The notes under the pieces are model-generated. The model did no database searches. It saw only the letters and a program-made list of their open reading frames with translations, and was not told the origin of the DNA. Shown here piece after piece: positions 53,665-64,000 of a stretch of DNA of 64,000 bases (positions within the stretch are counted from its first letter, which is position 1; each line of letters opens with the position of its first letter). The stretch comes from Sphaerodactylus townsendi. Taxonomy: Eukaryota. The stretch covers positions 56,544,001 to 56,608,000 of the forward strand of contig NC_059427.1 in NCBI RefSeq assembly GCF_021028975.2, read 5' to 3'. A program made the translations under genes and the position numbers.

Positions 53665-54456
53665 CTGCAAGGCATAACATGTACTATATTAACAAACTCA
53701 TCTACAAATACTTTGATAGTAATTACAGTATTTACAGTTTTGTTTGCTTACATAGAAAGACATACTGTAAGAACATAAGGACTTTAGACACAGCAAATTA
53801 AATGTGCCATACAATAATTGTTTTAGTGAAAACTGCTTTTAAGCTTCACAAAATTATATTTTTTTTTCTTTAAGGCTATTGTTAAGTCATTCAGTCCCTG
53901 AAAATGTGGCTTATAACATAAATTGCATCTAAAAAATTCAACAAAATTGTAACTGTTAGCAGGATTTCATAGCTTCCAAAACCTCCTGAAGTGTGATTTT
54001 TCCATTCTCTTCGCTGACAAAAGTGAAGATTTGTTGTGTGTGCTCAGCCTGCTGTGCATTTGGTCCCCCCTTCCCATGCCCACCTAAAAGCAGTTTATCC
54101 TGCATTTGGCCAGCAGAACAGCCCAAAGAGAGAGAGAGAGAGAGAGAGAGAGTGTAAGAGAAGTGTAAGAGAAGTGTAAGAGAATCCCCAGTTAGCAATG
54201 AAAACCACAGAAAAAACCTACTGAGAAGAAAAGAGCCACAGGGTGAGCCCTGCATACATAATAGACCCTAGTCATGGGACTGGATGCAGCAGTCCAGACA
54301 CAAGGTTCACAGTTCTTGCCCAGGTTCACCTCCCACTCTTCTGCAGTTGTGGAAAAAATTATTCTAGCGTCTTAGAACCACAAGGACTCCCAGCCATGAG
54401 GGTCAGGAGGATGCAGTGGGGAGGCGGGAGGGAGAAATACGCTGCTTCCATTCTCT

Positions 54457-54773
54457 TAAGAACATAAGAACATAAGAACTAGCCTGCTGGATCAGACCAG
54501 AGTCCATCTAGTCCAGCATTCTGCTACTCGCAGTGGCCCATCAGGTGCCTTTGGGAGCTCACATGCAGGATGTGAAAGCAATGGCCTGCTGCTGCTGCTG
54601 CTGCTGCTCCTGAGCACCTGGTCTGCTAAGGCATTTGCAATCTGAGATCAAGGAGGATCAAGATTGGTAGCCATAGATTGACTTCTCCTCCATAAATCTG
54701 TCCAAGCCCCTTTTAAAGATATCCAGGTTAGTGGCCATCACCACCTCCTGTGGCAGCATATTCCAAACACCAA
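54457..54773 (-). mobile_element. CR1 LINE 3' end with a (TAAGAACA)n tail
   Basis: TAAGAACATAAGAACATAAGAACTAGCCTGCTGGATCAGACCAGAGTCCATCTAGTCCAGCA. Confidence 0.85.
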
Positions 54774-57224
54774 ACACTCTTCTGACAATTCTGAAAGAAT
54801 AATTATAACTATGCCTTTCATATTATTAGGAATTTTTTCTTTTCCTCTGTATGCACACGCTGTTTCTCTGCGATGTCTCTAATAGGATGGCATTGGGGGA
54901 ACATTTTGGGCACTTTTCTTCCCACAGGGCACTTTTCTTCCCTTAGGGCTCAAGGCACTTTACAAAAAAGAATAAAGTACTAAGTAGGCAACCCAACAAT
55001 ATTTTTTTTAGAATGGGCTGGTCAAGGCCTGTCAAGATGACTACTATGGGTCCAAGGTTGCAAGCCCTTAGGCTTCTACATTCCCCACTTCCGTGCCATC
55101 TGCAGCAGCAAGCCCCTGCAGCTCCCACTCCACCGTGGGACGTCCCATGCTCCCTGCTGCCACCCCCGAGAAGCTTCAAGACCAGAAGTGAGAGTCAGGC
55201 ATCCCCATCAACACAGGGCGCCAAAGTATCGATAAAATTACTAGAGAAACACTGGAATTGCCTCCTAAGAACCAAACATTTTAAACAAAAAAGTATAAAC
55301 TGCTTACCTCAACATATCCAATTACATATAGATTTGTTACCCTGAATTATACAACTACACCATATTTCAAAAATAAATACACAGGATTAGTAGGATTACA
55401 CCATTTATGGGACAGCTTAGATTATCAACTTTAAAATATATTACATTTTCCATTAAGAGGACATCATCATCATTTTAAGACATCATTCTGAACAGAATCA
55501 AAGTTTTCCAGATACTAGGAACTACTCCACCAGCTCTCTACCAGCATGGCCAATTGGCCATGCTGACAGAGGGGCTGATGGGAATTGTAGTTCCTGAACA
55601 TCTGGAGAGCCGCAGGTTCCCTACCCCTGATCTAGAATATATTTCATATATGAACATGTGACATTACAGCTTGTTTCAAACAGAAGTAAAGTGTTTATAT
55701 GAAGCCCAGGGTGGTGATTTGTAAACATCGTTGAACAGCAGACTATGATATTCTGGACTACTGAAGTAATTTTCAATCAAGACAGCATTATTTAGAGCTG
55801 GTTTTTGTAAATGGTGGCTGACCCCCATGCCAGAATTATACAAACATAGAAGTTTCAGCCAGAATGAAAAAAGGGAATTCCAAGAGAAAATATTAGAAAC
55901 GGTCTGAAAAGAAGTGATGATAAAGTTAGGATTGCTGCTTTTCCCTCTTCCTGTTTGTCTCCTTCTATGAGACTCTGGAAGCCAAAGAAGTTCATGCAAA
56001 TAGGGAGTGTCACCTAATTCTGACCACAATAATAAGGTACCTCGTCTGGGACTGGGATAATGCGTACATGGCTTCTCCTAGCATGAAGTATGTATGAAGA
56101 GAGAAAAGTCATCAGAAACTACTTTGGAAAGAGCCACTCCCTTGAGTGCAATAAATGAATACACATAGGTGGCAGTAATGCTGCATGCTATACTTTTAAA
56201 GACTATCATATTTACCCAAATTACCATTGTTTCTGATTTTTGTAGCAGACATCCTGTGGAACCTTCTCTGTGTAGGGCCAAATAAGAATTTCTAACAATG
56301 TTCAAAAAATAAAATTTCTTTGAAAAAAAAAAAAAATAAAAATTTCATAAAGGTCCCTCAACGCAGTCTCTGGCAACTGAAGTTAAAGATTCCTCAGAAT
56401 AACATTAAGAGATGGGAAAAACTCCTGAAATCTTGAAAAAGGAGTTCATATACCTGGATGGGACTTAATGGTGTTTAGGCTGGAATGTTCCACAGGGTAC
56501 TGAGACTGAAAGTTTTCTAAGTGTTCACATCCATACCCAGTTAATCAACACCTCATGACAGTACAATTGTACCCAGAAATTAAAATGCAATTTTAAGTAA
56601 TAATAGATCCTAAGGTAATCTGGACTCCCAAAAGATGCCCCCTTGAATCAAGTTGCTTCACATGCCCTTCCCCTCTTATCACCTAACATAAATCAGTGAA
56701 TTGCATGAAATAGTACACTTTATCTCCCCTGACAGAGAGGAAATATGCAGTCACTTTTGAAATAATTAGGAGTGCATTACTGGAATAATCAAGGGTGGTC
56801 TTTTCAGCTGAGTATTCATATGATGAAATGCCCACACGATAAGACTGCAATTAAATCTACTCACACTTGAAAAATTACTTAGTGTATGATAATCTGTGAC
56901 CTGCACCGCGATACCTCTACCGGGCAAAGTCAGCTTTGGTTAAGGTTGGAGATCATTTGGTACCAAAATATGTTTAAAGGGGGAAAAAATCAGTTATGAG
57001 ACAAAAAATATTGTAAACCATAATAAGTATCTTAACTCTGTAATTACCGGTACTAGGTGAGTCCAATATCCTACTGAACTTAAAGAAAACCCAAATATTT
57101 TCATATGGTTTGATCTAAACAAGCTACAGATATTCTTGTCCTTCATCATTTTATATTTTGAATGGCACTATGAAAAGAAGACCCCACAAGCACTTTCCTT
57201 TGAAAAGTCTATTTTTTTTCTTAC

Positions 57225-57354
57225 ATTATTTCGAAAAGAATGGCTGCGAATAGGATCTTCAGCTGCAAGGGAGGCACTGCTAAGCATGATGAAAACCAGA
57301 ATGAGGTTGGTGAAAATGTGGTGGTTGATTAGCCTGTGACATCCCACTCGAATC
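57225..57354 (-). CDS. CACNA1D: CACNA1D exon ~21 (130 nt): [43 protein letters not shown] (IIIS1)
   Basis: cttcag|G ATT ... AAT AAT|gtaaga. Confidence 0.97.
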
Positions 57355-57993
57355 CTGAAGGAGAGGAAGACAAATGGAACAAAACAGAACAAGTGGAAAC
57401 GTCAGTGATCTTGAAATAGAAAAAATGTAAAAATGTGAATAGAAATTACTGAACGAAGCCAAATAATTTAGGGTTTTAAAAAATTAATTAACAGGGAAGT
57501 CATATAATTAACTAACCTGACCTTTTAGAAAATTTTAGATTTTATATTCTGTATAAAAAGGGGCACATAAATATCATATAGAAAGTGATCAAATTTTGAT
57601 ACATGAATGAGATTAAGCAACAATTTGTCGTAGAATATGTTCTCTCAGCAAGGCAAGAAGCTCAGGTCTTTAGCGGCTTTTCAGGGAGTCTGGACTACAA
57701 AGGGATAACTCATGTTAAAAGGAACACATTCATTTTATTTTGCTGACAATTCAGTTTTAAACTAGATGGAGTCAGCCAGAACTTTGCTGTTCATGAGGAA
57801 ATCTTCATGTGGTTTTGGTAATGGAAAGTGCTGTCTCGCTACAGTCAATTTATAGCAACTAGGTGCCTACCCTGCTTAACTACCAAGATTTGATGAGATT
57901 GGGGTAATCTGAGCAATCCAGGTCAGGACCAGTGCGTTATTACTATTCAGTAATAAACCGTTTGGGGAAATACACTTTTACAAAATTATTTAC

Positions 57994-58141
57994 GGATTTG
58001 TATTGCTGAAAATAAAGAAGGAGCTCCCTTCAGGAATTGGTGTCATCTTCTCTTTCATATTAAGTTCAGATATTCTTCGGGGTCGAGGACCAGCTGGCAC
58101 TTCTGGCTCTTCTTCCTCCTCCTCCTCCTCTTCTTCACCTA
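57994..58141 (-). CDS. CACNA1D: CACNA1D exon ~20 (148 nt): VG(E)[38 protein letters not shown](P)
   Basis: aag|TA GGT ... AAT CC|gtaaat; tandem AAG/TAG acceptor. Confidence 0.96.
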
Positions 58142-59488
58142 CTTTAAGTAGAATGTACTTGTTTATTATATCAAAGATGTTTGAAGTGTTATAATAAACT
58201 GGTGCTTGAAACATTATCTAGTTAGATCATCTCCCTATCTGGGCAGATCTATGCATTTAAAACAAAGCAACATATTATGAGGATCGTTTTCATCATCATT
58301 GAATCAAATTTCAGATGCTACATTAGCATCTCATATTGATGGTCAAATCTCTGTACATTTCTGCTATACTGGAATATTGATGTATGAATATGAATAATTT
58401 CTAAGCCTTGTCTGTAGCTTTTGGATGAGTCTCATCCTGTTCTCTTTTTTTAGCTGTTCATATTCTTCTTGTTTTATTTGAAATGGGACAGCTTTTGCTC
58501 CTCCAGCAGTAAGCCATTTTATGGGACAGATCTTCGCTTGTGAACATAGTGTATGCACAATAGTAGCAACCAGCACGTTTGAACTATTACATGATAGTCC
58601 TACAAATAAAATTCCCACTTCAATATCTTGTCTACTGATTATGAGTAGGAGTAATGGCCTTGGTGTGAGAATGGCCATCTTACCACAGGAGCAGTAGTAT
58701 TCTGTGTACTTATAAATTTAGCTGGAGGTGTGTTCCGATGCAGAAACATACAGCAGAAAAGTATAGCCTTATATATGTTGGACCAAGTGCTGGATGTGAA
58801 ACTGGGAGATCTTGGTCTGTGGTAGCCTAAAGCTGTGTTAGCCTAAACTCACAGTACTATTCTCAAAACAAAACAGAATTACTATTCTGATCATCTGAGC
58901 AGAAGAGCAATTTTTAAAAAGTCTCATTTCACGGAATTGCATTGGTCTTGTTACTGGGCAATCACTTTTCTGCTGTTTGCCACTATAGCAGGAGAGCACA
59001 TAACTTCCAAATAATTTCTTAAACACTTCTTAAATGTTTCATAAAATCATGGAGACACTGACAGGTATTGTCATACTTATCACTAATTATCATCACAATC
59101 TGCAGCATTTATGCAATCCAATTCAGTAAAGCAGTCATGACATCAGTAGCAGGAAAAGGTCCAATATTTAGTAAGTACAAAACATTGTGGTTATATGTGA
59201 ATATGTGATCTCCCTCAAAAACTGTTGTCTGAAGGAAGATGTACAAATGAGTGCAATATTTCTACTGTGCAAAAAAGTCATTGTGTAATAAGGCTCTAAG
59301 AACTCCATTAAATGTATGTCAATGTTATTAACCTACACTATATATTTCAAGGGAGATGAAAGGTGGAAATCTGCTCTGGTAATTTAAAAGGTGATTATAT
59401 TCATATTAGTTAAATTATGGTGCCATGCAGCTTTGGTACACTTGACCTGACTTTTTTCCCCTCTCGGTTTACACAAGTGAATATGTAC

Positions 59489-59555
59489 CTGGAACATCAC
59501 AAGGTGGATACGGATCTTTGTCTTCTTCTTCTCCTCCATATTCATTAATTGTAAC
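59489..59555 (-). CDS. CACNA1D: CACNA1D exon ~19 (67 nt): VTINEYGGEEEDKDPYPPCDVP
   Basis: gatag|GTT ACA ... CCA G|gtacat. Confidence 0.95.
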
Positions 59556-59648
59556 CTATCATATTAACAAAGAAAATGCTTGAGAAAGAAATCACGTCAG
59601 CACTTCGCCATTCCTAGTTTTAAAAATGTTCAAGATAATCAGTGTTTA

Positions 59649-59926
59649 GTTGAAGGCGTTCATGCCAGAATCTAGGATCACTTCATGGGTTGTTCTGGTT
59701 GCCTTCCATAATGTTCCAGTAGCATTTCCTCCTGATCTTTCACCTGAATCTGTGGCTGGCATCTTCAGAGGATCTGATGGTAGTAGTAGTAGGGCCAAGC
59801 TTTGTACTACTCATCACTGATCCCTCCTAGAAGATGCCAGTCACAGATGCAGTAGTGGCTAAAACGGGTCCAGGAGAAAAATGCTACTGGAACACGGGCA
59901 TACAACCTGGAAAACCCACAACACCC
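59649..59926. mobile_element. Penelope-like element with inverted arms and a hammerhead-like core
   Basis: Perfect 13-bp flanking duplication TAATCAGTGTTTA (59636-59648, 59927-59939); CTGAAGA...GAAA core on the minus strand at 59771-59731. Confidence 0.8.
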
Positions 59927-60279
59927 TAATCAGTGTTTAATTTAAAACTTTTGATTGGATAAATAAACCTAAAGAATCAATAAATGGTTGGATCCTACCA
60001 GTCTACGCAAACTAAATATACAGCTCAAGAAGCTACTCCTTAAATAGTTTGATATTGACCAACAGCACCTCAGTCTTGTCTGGAGTTACAATTACTCAGC
60101 CATTGTACATCCCATTTCCTTCTTCAAGCACCAGACTGGGCCCTTAGCCACAAAATGACCCATGCACAGGTTCAAGAGGTATATATTTCAGTTAGGGATA
60201 ATGTGTTGTAGATGGATGGTTGATAAGTGCTGTTCTGAACAAAAAGCTGTCTTTGCTGACATACACAGAAATAAATTAC

Positions 60280-60349
60280 CTTAGCATCCTTGGCCTTCTT
60301 TTGTTCGGCTTCACTTTTGTCTCCCTTTTTAGTGTCCAAACTCTCTTTT
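60280..60349 (-). CDS. CACNA1D: CACNA1D exon ~18 (70 nt): (R)KESLDTKKGDKSEAEQKKAKDAK
   Basis: tgtgtag|A AAA GAG ... GCT AAG|gtaatt; phase matches neighbours. Confidence 0.93.
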
Positions 60350-60438
60350 CTACACAGAGCCAACCAAAAACAAAAGACAAAATAATAAGCAAGCCAAACA
60401 ATAAGCAAGCCATACTGATTTTGTTAAATGAAAAAATC

Positions 60439-60659
60439 AGGGTCACCAGCCTCCACATAGTGGCTAAAGATCTCCTGGGATTACAACAGATCTCCAGGCA
60501 ATGGAGATCAGTTCCCCTGGAGAAAATTGTCATTTTGGAAGGTGTCCTCTGTAACACTACTCCGTTGAAATTCCTCCCCTCCCTTCCCCAAGCCCTGCCC
60601 TCCTCAGATCCTACCCACAAAATATCCAGGTATTTCCCAACCCGGAGCTGGCAATCCTA
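60439..60659. mobile_element. hAT-like MITE with (T)AGGGTTGCCA-type ends
   Basis: AGGGTCACCAGC ... GCTGGCAATCCTA; related ends at ~7369 and ~42958. Confidence 0.5.
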
Positions 60660-60804
60660 GAAACGCAGAATCCACAAAAGCATAGATTTGGATTTACAGA
60701 GAGATAGGAATGGCAGACAGTCATCAGCACTCTGTAGCCTTTTATTTTTGCTTTATTTAATGAATGTACATGGCCCCCAATAAAACTGCAAAACTTGCCA
60801 GTTA

Positions 60805-60948
<144 letters not shown>

Positions 60949-61408
60949 CTATTTTAAGGATTCCGCAAGTATTACAACTGAGAAACATAAGAAATTCATT
61001 CTAATTAAATATAAACTACTATGGTACTTAGATAATGAGGTTTCTGTGAAAATAAATTAAAGCCCAGTTGAGCACAGAATACATTATGATACTTTCATGG
61101 CAAACTAAGTAGCAAGTCAGCTTTTAGGTTGTTAGAAATATAGTAAATTTCAGAAACAAAATTACAAAGGGTTGAAAAATTCAGCATATTACATTGTCTT
61201 TTGTATTTTCAGATGCGTCCTTAAGTTACATCTTTCCTTTGCAATATTTTCATTGCACACAATAGTTGTACAACAAATACCTCCCTGGTAGAATTGTGTA
61301 ATTAGCATGAGTTGATAAAGAATAGCTATTCAAAGGGCACAATTTCACTAGAATATTATGTTGCAGAAATTCTATGGAAAGAAATTTATTCTGTTTGGGC
61401 TTAATGTA

Positions 61409-61528
61409 TTGTTGAAGGCTTTCATAGCTGGAATCAACTGGCTCTTGTGACTTTTCTAGTCTGTGTGGCTGAGATATGGTAGTTTTTGCTCCTAATATTT
61501 TGCCCACATCTGTAACTGGCATCTTCAG
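61409..61528 (-). mobile_element. Penelope-like element fragment
   Basis: TTGTTGAAGGCTTTCATAGCTGGAATCAACTGG...CATCTGTAACTGGCATCTTCAG. Confidence 0.7.
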
Positions 61529-61529
61529 T

Positions 61530-62500
61530 GGGTGGGAAGGGTGGGTGTAAATGGGAAGTTCTCACAATGGAGAGATGTAGGGAGTGGTGTCCCCCAAGGA
61601 TCCATTTTGGGACCAGTGCTCTTTAACCTATTCATAAATGACCTGGAAGTAGGGGTGGGTAGCGTGGTGGCCAAGTTTGCAGATGATACCAAATTATGTA
61701 GGGGGTGAGAACTGCAAAGATTCATTTGAGAAAGATCAAAGGCTGGATCTTTATAAATTAGATCAGTAGGCTAAGAAATGGTAAATGGCTCAGTTGTGTA
61801 GCAAAAATGTAAAGTGATGCACATAGGGGCAAAAAATCCAAACTTCACATACATGCTACAGGGGTCAGTACTATCAGTCACAGACCAGGAAAGGGATTTG
61901 GGTGTTTTAGTTGGTAGTTCCATGGGAATATCAACTCAATGCATAGCGGCTGTGAAAAGGGGAAACTCTATGCTCGGGATCATTAGAAAAGGAATTGATA
62001 ATAAAACTGCAAAGATTGTCATGTCCTTATATTATTTATTTATTTTATTTTATTGGATTTTTATACCGCCCCTTAACTCCTCCATAAGTGATGTAATGCG
62101 ACTTGGAGTACTGTGTTCAGTCTCTGGAGTAACTACAATGTCTCAGTCTAGTTCGGCTTTACATCTCAAAAGGGCAAAGGATATCAGAGAGATTAGAAAA
62201 AGTGGCAGAGAAGCGGAAACGAGGAAATGATTGAGGGACTGGGAGCACCCTCTCCCAATGAGGAGCGGGCTACAAAGCGCTTTGGGACTCTTTAGTTTGG
62301 AGAAGAGATGTCTGAGGGGGGATATGATTGAAGTCTATAAAATTGTACATGAAGTTGAAAATGTTGACAGAAAATGTTCTCTCTTTCTCACAATACTAAA
62401 ACCAGGGGGCATACATTGAAAATGCTGGAGGGAAGAATTAGGATTAATAAAAGGAAACATTTCTTCATGCAATGCATCATTGGTGATTGGAATATACTCT
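61530..62500 (+). mobile_element. CR1 LINE RT fragment inside the U12 intron
   Basis: [43 protein letters not shown] and LGLFSLEKRCLRGDMIEVYKI motifs, with frameshifts. Confidence 0.9.
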
Positions 62501-62735
62501 TGACAACACTTGTGACAAGAACAGTCATTCATATGGTGTGATCTGCCCTGGATCCCTTAGCTAATATACTCCAGTCCTCAGTTTGAGCAGATCACTGGTT
62601 AGTCAGAGAATGCACGGGGCCATCGATGGAAATTAGAATATGAAATTTTGTTTAACTCTCTAATCGAAACGCTACTTACATTTTACACTTATGACATAAG
62701 AATGGATGCAAACATATCTTAACATGAAAGGATAC

Positions 62736-62829
62736 AGTTCCCACAGATGAACAGAATAATGAAGTATATACAGACTACCATTCCTGATGAGGATGGGCCA
62801 CCATATGCCATAATGCCATCATACATAAC
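62736..62829 (-). CDS. CACNA1D: CACNA1D exon ~16 (readable 3' part): [31 protein letters not shown](Y), domain II pore/S6
   Basis: Direct translation; donor T|GTATCCTTTC. The expected 5' part (ILTGEDWNA) and acceptor are not recognisable. Confidence 0.85.
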
Positions 62830-63493
62830 CAACCCATGCCAATCATATTTATTAACATAGAATTCCAATACCAGCCATTAAATTGTTTTAGATACACTTT
62901 AAAATAGCTTCAACTCTTACTTTTTCTGCTTTTATTTAAATAAGGATGTATTGGAAAAGAAAATTTAGTTGTGTCAATATTTATTAAACTCACAGATTCC
63001 ATGCCAGTCAATTGCATGCATGGTTCCAAGATTTTTTAAAATTCAACTCCTTCATTAGATGCCTAAATTAACATTTAGGACCAAGTATGGCATAACATTT
63101 CTTACCCACACAAATTGCTCCAGTTGTCCCTAAGCATATCTTTACATATGACATGAATCTAGCAATAATGCTTAGTATTTATACAGCACATTTTAAGCAG
63201 TGAGACACTTCACATATCTTATCTCAGCATTTCTTAACAATGGCTCTATCAGATGAGCCAATATTATTATCCCCATACAGCCACACAGTGAGTATGCAGT
63301 TGAGATGAAATTCACTCTCATAATAGCCAAGGTTCCCCATAACAATTAGCTATGGAGAAGATTTCCATTAATTTCCCCCTACCACCACAGATGCTCATTT
63401 TGCCCCATGCCATTCACGAGGATCCTATCATTCCAGCTGAAGAGGTTTAGGTGAATGGGTAAGCTGCATTGAAGGAAAGGGGGAGAACACTAC

Positions 63494-63986
63494 GGCCGTT
63501 TCCTCAAGATGGTGCCAGGATGCCTCACGCCAAGAGTTCTGGCGGCGTATGCAGCCCGCTCGCATGAACGGGCAAAGGCTGCAGACGGCAGGCGGCTCCT
63601 CGCGACGAGTCGCTTCTTCCTCGTTCCTCACTCCACCACGTGGTGGATTTGTCAGGCCGTTGCTGGAAAGCGAGTCTCTCGGCCTACCGCTGCCCCCTCT
63701 GACCCCGGAGGTCGGAGGACAGTGGGTGTGGGCTACACCAGCAGGCGCACGAGGACACCGCGGAGGGGCGGGGATCGGAGACAAGCGTTTTTGCGCGGTT
63801 CGCACCGCGCCATTACGAGAAGACGCTTTCCCCAACAACAACCCTTTAAAGGGTTGTTGTTGGGGAGGGAAGCGCAGTCAGGTCGCCGCTGCTGCATTGC
63901 AGCAGCGGCGCCTGTGCGAACGGCGGCCTGGGGGCGGTGTTTTTACCGCCCCCAGGCCGTCGTTAATGGGCCGTGCGGAAACAGCC
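63494..63986. mobile_element. GC-rich Harbinger-like MITE, same family as 4537-5018
   Basis: The last ~110 bp closely match 4905-5018; 3-bp TSD TAC (63491-63493, 63987-63989); internal palindrome CCCAACAACAACCCTTTAAAGGGTTGTTGTTGGG. Confidence 0.75.
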
Positions 63987-64000
63987 TACCACAAGTTCTG

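Overview
This window is vertebrate genomic DNA, inferred from its repeat families to be a squamate, probably a gecko. It lies entirely inside one minus-strand gene, the L-type voltage-gated calcium channel alpha-1D subunit CACNA1D (Cav1.3). I mapped exons ~16-40 by hand (numbering by analogy to mammal/chicken), running from the domain II pore/S6 through domains III and IV to the EF-hand/pre-IQ C-terminus. The IQ exon 41 and exons 1-15 lie outside the window. Alternative splicing features: mutually exclusive IIIS2 exons 22/22a separated by only 77 nt; mutually exclusive IVS3 exons 31a/31b; a 39-nt IVS3-S4 cassette exon 32; a 30-nt microexon (ICVAKKKRML) matching the chicken hair-cell exon 30a; a NAGNAG acceptor; and a U12-type intron. 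The 5' end of exon 16, which carries the domain II selectivity-filter Glu, is unreadable and is probably an assembly error. The introns hold many mobile elements. These include a non-autonomous Helitron carrying a nested young hAT element with 147-bp hairpin repeats, other hAT/mariner/Harbinger-like MITEs with clear target-site duplications (TSDs), L2/CR1/RTE fragments, and tRNA- and 5S-derived SINEs. There are also Penelope-like elements with hammerhead-ribozyme cores, one of which has captured an inverted copy of nearby DNA. I found no prokaryote-type system or CRISPR array. All coordinates were read by eye and no database searches were run.
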